A stretch of DNA of 64,000 nucleotides from Phyllobates terribilis (taxonomy: Eukaryota). The translations under genes were made by a program, and so were the position numbers. The notes under the pieces are model-generated. The model did not search any database, was not told the origin of the DNA, and saw only the letters and a list, made by a program, of their open reading frames with translations. The DNA is taken from contig NW_027362770.1 of assembly GCF_046119375.1 (NCBI RefSeq), positions 99,572,001-99,636,000 of the forward strand. Direction: 5' to 3'. Within the stretch, counting starts at the first letter, position 1. Each line of letters begins with the position of its first letter. This document shows, in pieces, positions 23,537-37,493 of this stretch.

Positions 23537-23947
23537 AATTGATTTATTGATAACTATAAAGGTTTTATGTCGATCATTTTTTTATTTTAGTTGAAGTATT
23601 GTACATCCTTTATATGAGGAACTAACATGTATTATGTAGTTGTATAGGATCTAAAGTAAGATATTATTGTGCCATATTTTATGCATAGAATACTACAGGA
23701 AAAAATGTAAACTTCCTTCCTATAAAATCTAGAATTTTAATATGTCCTAGGTAGAATAATCAATATTTCTATTAATAATTACATACATTTGCTAACTTAA
23801 TAAATATACAGTATGTTATATAATTTTAGGTTTTTCAGTTTTCATCCTTACCATTACACTACTTTTTGGAATTCATACATTTTCTGAGAATCATTTAACT
23901 GTATAATGAAAATTAGCATTGTTACCTACTGCAAAACTATAAAACCA

Positions 23948-23971
23948 ATTATTATTATTATTATTATTATT
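23948..23971. repeat. (ATT)n microsatellite
   Basis: About 8 units. Confidence 0.85.
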
Positions 23972-25164
23972 TATGTCAGCATTTTCCAAGACTATAATGT
24001 AGTAAACAAAGAGTTTGTGGCAATTCTGGAGTTAAAACAGATGTATTGAAAAGGAATTAAACTAATAAGGATCATAAAGTTTCTTAGTTATGAGCAAAAT
24101 GACAATTGCATTTATTTAGTCTTGAGAATATATATTTTAGGCAACGACATGATAAATTTGGCTCCTACAAAAAATATGTTAAAGTGTTCCATGTAAAATT
24201 CCTTTCAAAGATAATGAGGTGCTGCCCTTTCTGAAAAAGTAAAATTTCAGTTTCTAGAGTAACAGTCTTTTTTCCAGTGCAGCGGTGAATCTGTAGATAA
24301 TTCTATGGTACTTTAAGGGCCAATCATAGTAGGAGCAGCTAATTATTTAAAAAAATTGCTTTGCTGAAATATGTGCTAAAAAATGTAAAACAAATCCTAA
24401 CATATTCATATTGTCAGAAACATCAAACAGGTGCTTTGAAGCATTACATTTGTCAACCCTCCAACATGTAAAGGCTAACTTGTTTTAAAATGTTGGTAAA
24501 ATAGCAAGCGCTGCAGGCTTATGCTTTATGTGCTTTGTAATGCAGACAGGAATTTTGGAATTGGTTAATTGTTAGAGTTTGTTAATAATGTACTGTGAGA
24601 GCTCTTTGTGTATTGTACTGTGTGAGCTCTTTGTGTACTGTGTAAGCTCTTTGTTTTGTTTGTGTCATTTTTTTCCTGTATCTTTCATGCAGTGATATTG
24701 TAGAGAATAGTAGATGTATTTCTCAAGTGAAACAGATCATTCTATTAAAATATTTGAATGCTGATTAATAGTACTAAAAGTTTAAATCTGGAACAAAACA
24801 AATGTTCACATTAAAATTTGCTCTAAATCATGCCTCTGTTTCCTTTTCTATTGCCTGGATGAATTTCATAAACATAAGTCATTTTTTTATTTAAATATGT
24901 AACTATGCTTATCTTCTTATTAAGCCTGTGTAGTTATAATTTCTTAATTTATTTTTAAAGAAGTTAATCTTCTTGGGTGATTTTAACAGCCGATTATTGC
25001 TCTTTTATAAAAAATGAAAGTAAGAAAAGTTTAATAATAAAATGGAGAAAGCAAGAAACGTGTATACTGAATGTTTTGTTTATAGAATATAAACAGCATT
25101 ACAAATTCAATATTTTGTATATTTCAAATTTAGACTTTATAAAGATATTGCAATTCTGTATTTT

Positions 25165-25189
25165 CACCTCTGAGCGCCGCTGTTTAACC
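25165..25189 (+). promoter_or_regulatory. CSE for V3
   Basis: Identical 25-bp CSE. Confidence 0.9.
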
Positions 25190-25404
25190 AGTAAAAAGAA
25201 AAATGCAGCATAGGAAATCCACTGGAATTTTCCTTTGTCATTCACATAACTGATCTGAAGAAAGAGCCACAGACATTTTCTGGATTCTCCTGGACACAGA
25301 GATAAGGATAAAATTTGAAAAATGCAATTACAGACATCATGAATATTGTTCTATTTAACATATTGTTCTATTTTACTGGATTTCTTTTGGTGGGAAAATT
25401 ATCC

Positions 25405-27831
25405 ATGGACAAAGACAGGATGGAATCTCCTATTCAAGGAAGCACAAGAATCAGATGGCAAGTAATTTACATCTTATTTTCTTATCTTCATTACTCAGTC
25501 TCTGGTCAGATTCATTATTCCATTGTAGAAGAAATGAGGAAAGACTCTGTTATAGCAAATATTGCAGATGACCTTGGATTAGATATTAATCAGCTCTCAT
25601 CTAGAAAACTGAGGATTGTGTCCAGATCAGCAGAGAGATATTTCTATGTAAATCTTAATGATGGAAATCTGTATATAAAGGACAGGATAGACAGAGAGAC
25701 ACTGTGTGGATCAGATGTTTCTTGCTTCTTAACCTTTGATGCTGTTGTTGAAAATACATTCAAGAATTTTAAGATCAAAGTTGACATTCAGGATATAAAT
25801 GACAATTCTCCACAGTTTTATCATAAAACAATTACTTTGGAAATAATCGAATTTACATCAGAAGGAGCAAGATTTGCTTTAGAAAGTGCAGAAGATCCAG
25901 ATATTGGTAGTAATTCAGTGCAGACATACAAGCTCAGTGATAATCAGTATTTTACACTCACTGAGAATATCAGAACAGATGGAAGTAAATATCCAGAGCT
26001 TGTCCTAGAGAAACCATTAGATCGAGAGACACAAGAAACTCATGAATTAATACTAACAGCCTTGGATGGAGGAAATCCTATCAGATCTGGTACAACACTA
26101 TTAAATATAATTGTTACAGATGCCAATGATAATGCCCCTGTATTTACTCAGGATATGTATAAAGTCAATTTAAAAGAAAACATCCCAGTTAATTCTACTG
26201 TGATCATGTTAAATGCTACTGACAGTGATGAAGGAGTCAACGCGCAAATTGCTTATTATTTCAGAAAAAGCTCGGGAAACATCCATGATACAGGAATTTT
26301 TAGTATTAATTTAACTACTGGTGAAATCAAGACCCATAAAAATTTAGATTTTGAAATAACAAAAAATTATGAATTGTCTGTACAAGCCAAGGATGGAGGA
26401 GGCCTTGTAGCTCATTGTAAGGTACTGGTGGAAATCTTAGATGTGAATGACAATGCTCCTGAGATATCCATCACCTCATTATCTTCTCCTATTCCTGAGG
26501 ATTTTGCACCTGGAACAATGATCGCTCTGATTGAAGCTCATGACCAAGATTCTGGAGATAATGCAGATGCTGACTGCCAAATTCTTGAAGATGTTCCCTT
26601 TAATTTATTGTCATCAGACACTTATTATAGACTTATTTTAAGTGCTTCCATGGATAGAGAGAAAACAGCTTCTTATAATATCTCCATTGTAGCTACAGAT
26701 AGAGGATCTCCACCTCTTTCCAGTACACGAGTTCTCACATTGGATATATCAGATGTCAATGACAACCCACCAATATTTTCTAAGTCAACTTATGTGGCTT
26801 ATGTGCCAGAGAACAATTTACCAGGGGCTTCAATATTCAGTATACAAGCCTCAGATCCTGACACCGGAGATAATGCTAGAATAATTTACTTAATTTCCAA
26901 CACCATTACCGAAACTCCATCAGTGACATCTTATCTCTCCATCAATATAGAGACCGGAGTACTCTATGCTCAAAGATCATTTGATTATGAGCAGAACAAG
27001 GAGTTTATAATAGAAGTCACAGCCTCAGACAATGGATCCCCCTCTCTGAGCAGCAATGTTACATTATTTATCCATATATTGGACCAGAATGATAATGCAC
27101 CTAAGATCTTATACCCATCACCAGATACTGTTGGGTCAGTTGCATTTGAGATGGTGCCATTTGTTTCTGAGCCCGGTTCTTTAATAACTAAAGTGGTGGC
27201 AGTGGATGCGGACTCTGGACACAATTCCTGGCTCTCTTACCACTTTATACAAGTGTCTGATCAAAATCATTTTGTCATAAGTGAGTACACAGGTGAGATC
27301 AGAACATCACGTATCTTTCAAGAAAAGGACATGTTAAATTACAAGGTTGTGGTAATGGTGAAGGACAATGGACATCCCACTCTCTCTTCTTCCACCACTT
27401 TAAGTCTTATTATTGCAGATGACTTTCAGCAGGTTGTTCCTAAACTCAAAAACAAACTGAAAGATGAAGAAACTCAAAGCAACTTACAATTCTACTTAGT
27501 GGTTGGACTTGCACTTATTTCTTTGCTCTTTATAATAACTGTGATGGTGGCGATTATATCCAAATGTAAGCAGCCAAAACCATTACCAGCCTTCTCTTCT
27601 CTCACTACAAATCTGTATCCTCCAATTGATCCCCGGACCTTCTCCATGTATAGTGATGGATCGTTACCTTTACCATATTCATATAATATGTGTGTGGCAC
27701 TAGATCCTGCTGAGGGAGACTTTACTTACATGAATCCAAGTGGAAATGCTCCTGTGGAAAACCTGATTGATGTGGATAATACAGAACAAGGAACTGAATG
27801 TCTCAAAGAAGCATCTCCAAGAGCAGAGCAG
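25405..27831 (+). CDS. PCDHG: Protocadherin gamma variable exon V3
   Basis: Intact ORF starting MDKDRMESP (in-frame ATG also at 25339); donor CAG|GTAAAA at 27831/27832. Confidence 0.95.
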
Positions 27832-28267
27832 GTAAAATGTTTTTACTTTCTGCCTGTGGTATAACGTTCTATAATATGTACTTTGTGATTTCTAAAATTA
27901 TTTGTTCTCTAAGAGTAATTTTATGTACAGCTGACTTCGAAGTTCATCACTTGATGCCAGAGTTTACTTTCTATGAGAATAATCAAAAATAGTCAGTCTC
28001 AACCTATTAATAATTCTTCCTTTGTGTTTACTTATACTATTATAATATTGCAACAATATTTATGATGTCGCTAGATTCTTTTCTTATGACCAAAAGGGAA
28101 AGCTGATATAAATAACAATCATCTCTCTGCAGGACTTGTTTTGCCCTGCATTACATAGACAATGTATTAATTTGAATAAATTCTGTGTAATGCTTAAAGA
28201 GTATCCATCATTTAAATTTTGTTGATCAATCTATATTAGACATGAAAATAAGTTTCTTAGTTATATA

Positions 28268-28735
28268 TAAGTGCATCCCACTAAATTAGAATATCATCAA
28301 AAAGTTAATTTATTTCCGTTCTTCAATACAAAAAGTGAAACTCATATATTATATAGAGTCATTACAAACAGAGTGATCTATTTCAAGTGTTTATTTCTGT
28401 TAATGTTAATGATTATGCCTTACAGCCAATGATAACACAAAAGTCATTATCTCAGTAAATTAGAATGATTAACAAATAACACATGCAAAGGCTTCCTAAG
28501 TGTTTACAAAGGTCCCTAAGTCTGTTTCAGTAGGCTCCACAATCGTGGGGAAGACTGCTGACTTGACCGATGTCCAGAAGGCAGTCATTGACACACTCCA
28601 CAAGGTCCCAGAGTTCCAATTTTCATTTGGAAATCAAGGTCCCGGAGTCTGTAGGAAGAGTGGAGAGGCACACAATCCAAGGTGCTTGAGGTCTAGTGGG
28701 AAGTTTCCACAATCAGTGATGGTTTGGGGAGCCAG
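28268..28735 (+). mobile_element. Internally deleted Tc1 remnant (left TIR plus transposase scraps)
   Basis: GTGCATC..AAATTAGAATATCATCAAAAAGTT Tc1-type end; KTADLTDVQKAVIDTLHK joined to GNQGP...KFPQSVMVWGA. Confidence 0.8.
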
Positions 28736-29638
28736 GAGGAGAAAGAAACTCTTTTCTCTAATAAGATGAAAAAAAAATTAAAACAACGGTTACTCTTAAT
28801 TTTCTCTATGGTGACGCTGCAGGATAATTTAGCCTACTCAGCCAGAATTTTCTTTAGATTAAAAAAAAATTGTAAATGTATTAATAGAGGGACAACTAGT
28901 GTCCTGTTTATTGTTGAGGTACCCATCAAGAAAGCCGTAATTGCTAAGTGCCTAAAAGTTTAGTACTTAAAAAAAACGGATATGCAGATGGATCCCCAGT
29001 CTAGCACTGCAACTTCATTAACAACTTTTAATGTAGGCTAAGTTCCAATGTAGCATGTCAATTACAGATCTCATGCTGCAAAAATACTGCATTAATCTAC
29101 AAAGTGGTATTTATCAGTATGGTATGGTATATTGCAAAGGGTTAAATACGCGATGACATATTGAGCATTAATGAACATGTTGCAGATTTCAAATCTAGAG
29201 CATTGGTCAATTTACACTACATAAATGTCACCTTCATATATTAGTATATAAATGTTTGGAGCAAAAAAAAATCTAATAAAAGGAAATCTTCTTTGCACTA
29301 GATTTAAAAATCTTGTTTTTTTCCTATGAACAATTAATTCATTTGATAACTGATTAAGGCTTCTTGTAGATAATTTTCTTTTTTTTATTAAAGTGGGGCA
29401 TTGACACCCTTATATGAGGAACAGACATGTATTATATGGTTATAGAGACTTTAAAGTACATTATTGTTATTTTACGTATAGAATGCTGCAGAAAAAATCA
29501 TAAATTTCCTATCTGCGTAAAATCTATAATGGTTAAATGACCTGAGAAGAAAAATAGATATTCTCAAAAAATGACATATATTTGATAATTTAGTGTTAAT
29601 ATCTTGTAGAATTTGACGTGTTCAGAATTTATTCATAC

Positions 29639-29881
29639 TAATGATGAGCAAATGTGCTCCGATAAGGGGTTATCTGATCACACTCGGGTGCTAACCAAGT
29701 ATCTTAGGTGCGTTTGGAAAATAGATTTGCGTCACCACCTGTTTGTCAGGCAGTCCTTGCATGTGTTGCGACTGTCAAACAGCCGCAAATCAAGCAGCCG
29801 CGGTGACGCAAACCTATTTTGAAAGCACACTGAAGATACTCGGTTAGCACACGAGCGTGCTCGGATGACCCCTTATCACTA
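29639..29881. mobile_element. hAT-type palindromic MITE
   Basis: TAATGATGAGC...ATCACTA ends; internal inverted symmetry; degenerate 8-bp TSD ATTCATAC/ATCCTTAC. Confidence 0.7.
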
Positions 29882-30049
29882 ATCCTTACCATTTTACCAC
29901 CGTTTGTAAGTCATACATTTTCTAAGCATCATTTACTAAAACTGTCTAATAAAAGCAAACCTTGTTACCTACAGCAAAAAAAAATAAAAGTATTATTATT
30001 AGTATTCTATTATTATGATTTAATACTACATATTTGTAAAAGAAAATTT

Positions 30050-31320
30050 TGTCAGGGAGAACACTGGATGGATCACGCAGTTTGCACCACAGTCACCCGT
30101 TTGTCAGGGAACACAATTCCGCTGCCTCCAAGCATCAGGACAATTGCACAATTGACTATCGAGTGATGGACGAGGCCGCGGCTGTTCCACTACTAGGCCG
30201 GTTATTGGGAAGCTCAAAGTGAGTGTATGGAATTTACACCTACGATTCCAACACATGGAATATATATATACCCTGGTACAGTCACTGCCAACTCCACAAT
30301 AACTAAAGGGAACTACTAGCTGCCACCACCATTATTTTATGCAGGCCAATTGGACACCCGTTACAGGTAGCGTATGGCCTCAGGGGTGCGGTTTACAGAG
30401 CAAAAGGAACAGAGCTATTAAATTTTATATATCTAACGTGAAAAGGTAGGCAGTGTTTATAAAAAGATACAAAGATAATACAAAATAGGAACAAAATAGG
30501 AACAAAACTACAGTATATACAATTACATAAAATAAAGGGATAACAAAAGAAAATTACTAAACCTGTGTCACAGAAATGGCTCAGAGCTTAGCAGAGGGAG
30601 ATACTACTTAGGAAAATGGACAGAACCTACAGCAAGCTGTACCCTTAAGGACTGACAAAATACAAAAACCCAAATTCTACTTTTTATTAGATCAAGGTTA
30701 TGCCCTCATATCTCCCCTTGGTGAGCTCATATGGGGGCTGGTTGTGGGATGTGCTAGGTCTGTTAGAGTTTTATGAGATCCCTAACTTTCAGGCTATCTT
30801 TGCTCCTGGAGGTCCCAGGCGGTAGATATGGTTGTAATGTTTCCTATTGCGATTTCACCTTTCTATAAAGATTAAACATGGCATGGATAGCATCATCCTT
30901 CAGACCAATAGTAAGTTGGAGGGGTTAGAATGGCCTTACGGTGATGTGAGGGAATGCGTTAAGTTCATCCCTTCGCTACGATGCGAAAAATATATCTCCC
31001 ATAAATATCAGAACAATGCAAACTCCAATACTCATCACTGACCACTGGCTTCAAAGTGTCTGAAACAAGCCCTTTGAACAGAGGAAGCTCTCGCCTCAGA
31101 ATTGTACTCTTCTGCATCTGTATAAATGAATCCCAGTCTTGGTGGCTTGTTTCCAGAGCAGATCTCTGCTGTAATTACTTGATCACTGCAGGAGGTTTCT
31201 ACTTCAATGGAGGGGGATTGCCAGCTCTTTCTCACTTCCCCAGTTATAATTAATCCCATATGTTCAATGTGAGGGTGATATGTTCCTTCTCCAGAGATGT
31301 CTTTATGGATTTTAATTTTC
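30050..31320. mobile_element. Unclassified insertion of about 1.3 kb (TGTCAGGG start; possible LTR remnant)
   Basis: Absent from the paralogous unit near 40600; no TSD found. Confidence 0.4.
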
Positions 31321-32035
31321 CTCTATTACAATATTATTAAATCAGCTTTAACGGAATTATTTCAAAGCAGTTTTAGAAATGGAATCTGAGCTCTGATTTG
31401 TTGTTATGATGAGAAACAACGCCAGTTCATCTGGTGAAAACTTTTTTTCATATATATATAAAGCCCTCTGTTCCTACATGATTTCCCATCCTGCTGCCGT
31501 CTTGCCGCAGTTCCTCCAATTTTGTAGGGGTTTGCCAAAAATTACATGAAAATGCCAAAGTAGCAACATTTTAATGCAGCCTTGCGTTGTGCAAAAAAAT
31601 TGACACTTAAAAGATTTTCAGATTAGTTTTCTAATGTTAAAGCTTTGATAAATTAAGGACAAAATGTGTTATGTATTTAAAGGATGTTTTACTTCAGTAT
31701 AATGTCTAAAACCAAGAGTTTGCAGAAGTACTGGAGTGGGGAAAAAAGAAAAACAGCTAAACTAATTGGAATCATGGACAATTTTAGGACATGATGAATT
31801 TGTTTTTTACAAAAAATATGTTAAAAAAAATGTTCCATGTAAAATTCTCTAAAAAAATGAGCTGCTGTCTCTTTCTGGAGAGGAAAAAAGTTAAATCTTT
31901 AGAATAAGTTTCTGTGAATTTGTAGAAAATCCTACAGTACTTCAAGAGCTGGACATAGTTGGAGATGTTGATTGACTTCGTTTTCTCAAATATTTGCTTA
32001 TACTCATAAAAGTAAAGAATCATTACAAATACATA

Positions 32036-33685
32036 CAGTTATATGAAAAAGTTTGGGCACCCCTATTAATCTTAAGCTTAATGTTTTATAAAAATTGGTG
32101 TTTTTGCAACAGCTATTTCAGTTTGATATATGTAATAACTGTTGGACACAGTAATGTTTCTGCCTTGAAATGAGATTTATTGTACTAACAGAAAATGTGC
32201 AATCTGCATTCAAACAAAATTTGACAGGTGCATAAGTATGGGCACCCTTATCATTTTCTTGTTTTAAATACTCCTACCTACTTTTTACTGACTTACTAAA
32301 GCACTTTTTTTGGCTTTGTAACCTCATTGAGATTTGATCTTCATAGCCTGGTGTATGCAATCATGAGAAAAGCTACTTAAAGTGGCCACTTGCAAGTTGT
32401 TCTCCTGTTTGAATCTCCTCTGAAGAGTGGCATCATGGGCTCCTCAAAACAACTGTCAAATGATCTGAAAACAAAGATTATTCAACATAGTTGTTCAGGG
32501 AAAGGATACAAAAAGCTGTCTCAGAGATTTAACCTGTCAGTTTCCATTGTGAGGAACATAGTAAGGAAATGGAAGAACACAGGGACAGTTCTTGTTAAGG
32601 CCAGAAGTGGCAGGCCAAGAAAAACATCAGAAAGGCAGAGAAGAAGAATGGTAAGATCAGTCAAGGACAATTCTCAGACCACATCCAGAGAGCTGCAGCA
32701 TCAACTTGCTGCAGATGGTGTCACTGTGCATCGGTCAACTATACAACGCACTTTGCACAAGGAGAAGCTGTATGGGAGAGTGATGCGAAAGAAGCCGTTT
32801 CTGCAAGCACGCCACAAACAGAGTCGGCTGAGGTATGCAAAAGCACATTTGGAGAAGACAATTTCTTTTTGGAAGAAGGTCCTGTGGACTGATGAAACCA
32901 AGATTGAGTTGTTTGATAATACAAAAAGGCGTTATGCATGGCGGCAAAAAAACACAGCATTCCAAGAAAAACACTCACTACCCACAGTAAAATTTGGTGG
33001 AGGTTCCATCATTCTTTGGGGCTATGTGGCCAATGCCGGCACCGGGAATCTTGTTAAAGTTGAGGGACGCATGGATTCCACTCAGTATCAGCAGATTCTT
33101 GACAATAATGTTCAAGAATCAGTGATAAAGTTGAAGTTACGCCGGGGATGGATCATTCAGCAAGACAATGATCCAAAACACCGCTCCAAATCTACTCAGG
33201 CATTCATGCAGAAGAACAATTACAATGTTCTGGAATGGCCATCCCAGTCCCCAGACCTGAATATCATTGAACATCTGTGGGATCATTTGAAGAGGGCTGT
33301 CCATGCTCGGCAACCATCAAACTTAACTGAACTGGAATTGTTTTGTAAAGAGGAATGGTCAAAAATACCTTCATCCAGGATCCAGGAACTCATTAAAAGC
33401 TACAGGAAGCGACTAGAGGCTGTTATTTTTGCAAAAGGAGGATCTACTAAATATTAATGTCACTTTTCTGGTGAGGTGCCCATACTTATGCACCTGTCAA
33501 ATTTTGTTTGAATGCAAATTGCACATTTTCTGTTAGTACAATAAACCCCATTTCAAGGCAGAAAGATTACTGTGTCCAACAGTTATTACATATATCAAAC
33601 TGAAATAGCTGTTGCAAAAACACCAATTTTTATAAAACATTAAGCTTAAGATTAATAGGGGTGCCCAAACTTTTTCATATAACTG
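32036..33685 (+). mobile_element. Full-length Tc1 (DD34E, IR/DR type) transposon
   Basis: TA TSDs (32034-35, 33686-87); about 211-bp TIRs with outer and inner TGGGCACC direct repeats; about 4 TIR mismatches. Confidence 0.96.
32435..33457 (+). CDS. Tc1 transposase, 340 aa, uninterrupted
   Basis: Paired-like HTH, GRPRK, WTDETK, QQDND-(34)-[13 protein letters not shown]; AATAAA in the right TIR. Confidence 0.93.
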   Translation: MGSSKQLSNDLKTKIIQHSCSGKGYKKLSQRFNLSVSIVRNIVRKWKNTGTVLVKARSGRPRKTSERQRRRMVRSVKDNSQTTSRELQHQLAADGVTVHRSTIQRTLHKEKLYGRVMRKKPFLQARHKQSRLRYAKAHLEKTISFWKKVLWTDETKIELFDNTKRRYAWRQKNTAFQEKHSLPTVKFGGGSIILWGYVANAGTGNLVKVEGRMDSTQYQQILDNNVQESVIKLKLRRGWIIQQDNDPKHRSKSTQAFMQKNNYNVLEWPSQSPDLNIIEHLWDHLKRAVHARQPSNLTELELFCKEEWSKIPSSRIQELIKSYRKRLEAVIFAKGGSTKY

Positions 33686-34107
33686 TATAGCCAAAAACTT
33701 CCAACAAATACCTTGAAACGTTTCATTTTTCAGCCCACAGTCATATAAATGCAAACTTGTTCAAAGATGTTGGCTTAGTTAACACATTGCTATTTTTTGT
33801 GTTGAAAAGAACAGAAATGGCAATGTGCTTAGTAAAGTTTGTTAATAGTGTACTGTGTGAGCTCTTTGGTTGGTTTGTGTCAGCTTTCCCACTAATCCTC
33901 CCTGTTGTGATATTGCAAATAATATTTGTTGTATGTCTCTAGTAAATGAGTTAATTCCCCCCAAATCCCTGAGTTCTGAATGATTCTACTGAAAGCAAAA
34001 ATCTGCAACATAAAAAATCTACACATTAAAATTACCTTTTTACCAGTTCGCTGTAAATCATGCCTCTGCCTCTTCTACTACTCCCTGGATGAATTTGATA
34101 AACATAA

Positions 34108-34530
34108 CGATTGAGAATCAGAAAAAGCTTGTGGGAAATTCTGCCAATAGATGAAGGATGTCCAAAGTAAGTTAGATGAAGAGTTTTTATTTTCTTATGC
34201 ATTTCGGAGTTGATCCAACTTCTTCCTCAGATTCTGAAATGTGTAAGATTCTTCACCTACTTTACTTTGGAAATCCACATTCACTGGCAGCGCCTAGAAT
34301 TTCCAGCAAATTTTTTCTAATTCTCAAACGTTCATTCCAGGTCCAGCAGTGCATGCCTAGAAACCAGAGGTTGGGGCTGCTGCCATCTATGGTGAACTAA
34401 CACGCCCTCTCCATTGTTGTGCCTGGCCTACTATGCACATCCTCCTCTGGAGACCAGTGCACGATCTGGTATTGAAACTAGATCTACAGATTTATACACG
34501 GATCGCTTTCCTATTATTGTGATTGTTAAG
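34108..34530. mobile_element. Unclassified insertion of about 420 bp, about 290 bp upstream of the V4 CSE
   Basis: Interrupts AAACATAA/GTCATTTT, which is contiguous in the paralogs at about 24870 and 41970. Confidence 0.5.
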
Positions 34531-34819
34531 TATAAGTAACTTTTCAACTGTACTATGTAACTATGCTTATCTTTTTATAAAGCTTATGCACTTATAACTT
34601 TATTATTTTTAAATAATTTAATTTTCTTGGTTGTTTTTAATGGCTGTTTATTTCTGTTTTATAAAAACTGAATATAATAACGGTTTAATAATAAAATGCA
34701 GAAAACTGGAAAAAAAGTTCACTGAATGTTTTATCTTTAGAATACTAACAGCAACACAAATTAAATATTTTAAATACATCAAATTTATATTTTATAAAGA
34801 AATTGCAATTCTTTATTTT

Positions 34820-34844
34820 CACCTCTGAGCGCCGCTGTTTAACC
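34820..34844 (+). promoter_or_regulatory. CSE for V4
   Basis: Identical 25-bp CSE. Confidence 0.9.
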
Positions 34845-35072
34845 ATAAAGTAAAAAAATGCAGAACTGAAAATCCATTGGAATTTTCCTTTGTCACTCAC
34901 ATTGCTGATCTGCAGAAGGAACCACAGACATTTGCTGGATTCTCCTGGACACACAGCTAAAAGGATATGAATTGAAAACACAATTACAGATATCATGAAT
35001 ATTGTTCTATTTAACATTTGCATTTGATGAGAAAGCCTTACTGGATTATTTTAGGAAAAATTATCCCTGAAG

Positions 35073-37493
35073 ATGGACAGGATTAAATCTCCTATACAGG
35101 GCTACACAGGAATCAGATGGCAAGTAATATATGTGTTATTTTCTTATCTCTATTACTCAGTCTCTGGTCAGGTTCATTATTCCATTGTAGAAGAAATGAG
35201 GAAAGACTCTGTTATAGGAAATATTGCAGATGACCTTGGATTAGATATTAATCAGCTCTCATCTAGAAAACTGAGGATTGTGTCCAGGTCAGCAGAGAGA
35301 TATTTCTATGTAAATCTTAATAATGGAAATCTGTATATAAGGGACAGGATAGACAGAGAGACATTATGTGGATTAGATGTTTCTTGTTTCTTAACCTTTG
35401 ATGCTTTGGTGGAAAATCCTTTCAATAATTTTAAGATCAAAGTTGACATTCAGGATATTAATGACAATTCTCCACAGTTTTATCATAAAACAATTACTTT
35501 GGAAATAATCGAATTTACATCAGAAGGAGCAAGATTTGCTTTAGAAAGTGCAGAAGATCCAGATATTGGTAGTAATTCAGTGCAGACATACAAGCTCAGT
35601 GATAATCAGTATTTTATACTCACTGAGAATATCAGAACAGATGGGAGTAAATATCCAGAGCTTGTCCTAGAGAAACCATTAGATCGAGAAACACAAGAAA
35701 CTCATGAATTAATACTAACAGCCTTGGATGGAGGAAATCCTATCAGGTCTGGTACAATATTAATAAATATAATTGTTATAGATGGTAATGACAATGCCCC
35801 TATATTTACCCAGGATATGTATAAAGTCAATTTAAAAGAAGACATCCCAATTAATTCTACAGTGATCATTTTAAATGCAACAGACAATGATGAAGGGGTT
35901 AACGCACAAATTGCATATTATTTCAGAAAAAGCTCAGGATACATCCATGATACAGGAACATTTAGCATAAATACAAGTACTGGTGAAATCAAGACTCATA
36001 AAAATATAGATTTTGAAGTAATAGAAAATTATGAATTGTCTGTACAAGCCAAGGATGGAGGAGGCCTTGTAGCTCATTGTAAGGTTCTGGTGGAAGTCAT
36101 AGATGTAAATGACAATACTCCTGAGATATCCATCACCTCACTATCTTCTCCTATTCCTGAGGATTCTGCCCCTGGAACAATGATCGCTGTGATTGAAGTC
36201 CATGATAAAGATTCTGGAGATAATGCAGATGTTGACTGCCAAATTCTTGAAGATGTTCCCTTTAATTTATTGTCATCAGACACTTACTATAGACTTGTTT
36301 TACAAACCACTATTGACAGAGAAAGAACACCATGTGTTAATATTACTGTTATTGCTACAGATAGAGGATCTCCTTCTCTTTCCAGTACACGAGTTCTCAC
36401 ATTGGATATATCAGATGTCAATGACAACCCACCAATATTTACTAAATCTACTTATGTGTCTTATGTGCCAGAGAATAATTTACCAGGAGCTTCAATATTC
36501 AGTATACAAGCCTCAGATCCTGATATTGGAGACAATGCAAAAATAATTTACTCAATTTCTAACACCATTACAGAAACTCTATCAATGACGTCTTATCTCT
36601 CCATCAATATAGAGACGGGAGTTCTCTATGCTCAAAGATCATTTGATTATGAGCAGAACAAGGAGTTTATAATAGAAGTTACAGCCTCAGACAATGGATC
36701 CCCTTCTCTGAGCAGCAATGTTACATTATTTATCCATATTGTGGACCAGAATGATAATGCACCAAAGATCTTATACCCATCACCAGATAATGGTGGGTCA
36801 GGTGCATTTGAGATGGTTCCTTTTGTTTCTGAGCCTGGTTCTTTAATAACTAAAGTGGTGGCAGTGGATGCAGATTCTGGACATAATTCCTGGCTCTCTT
36901 ATCATTTTATACAATTGTCAGACTTAAATCATTTTGTGATAAGTGAGTACACAGGGGAGATTAGAACATCACGTATCTTTCAAGAAAAGGACATGTTAAA
37001 TTACAGGATTGTGGTAATGGTGAAGGACAATGGACATCCCACTCTCTCTGCTACAACTACCTTAAGTCTTATTATTGCAGATGACTTTCAGCAGGTTGTT
37101 CCTAAGCTCAGCAACAAACTGAAAGATGAAGAAACTCAAAGCAACTTACAATTCTACTTAGTGCTTGGGCTTGCACTTATTTCTTTGCTCTTTATAATAA
37201 CTGTGATGGTGGTGATTATATCCAAATGTAAGCAGCCGAAACCATTACCAGCCTTCTCTTCTCTCACTACAAATCTGTATCCTCCGATTGATCCCAGGAC
37301 CTTCTCCATGTATAGTGATGGATCGTTACCTTTACCATACTCATATAATATGTGTGTGGCACTAGATCCTGCTGAGGGAGACTTTACTTACATGAATCCA
37401 AGTGGAAATGTTCCTGTGGAAAACCTGATTGATGCTGATAATACAGAACAAAGAAGTGAAAATCTCAAAGAAACATCTCCGTGTGAAGAACAA
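35073..37493 (+). CDS. PCDHG: Protocadherin gamma variable exon V4
   Basis: Intact ORF; donor CAA|GTAAGA at 37493/37494. Confidence 0.95.

Noticed and set aside
30050-30657. TGTCA...TGACA solo LTR
   Set aside because: No matching TSD, so the boundaries are unsupported; kept only as an unclassified insertion.
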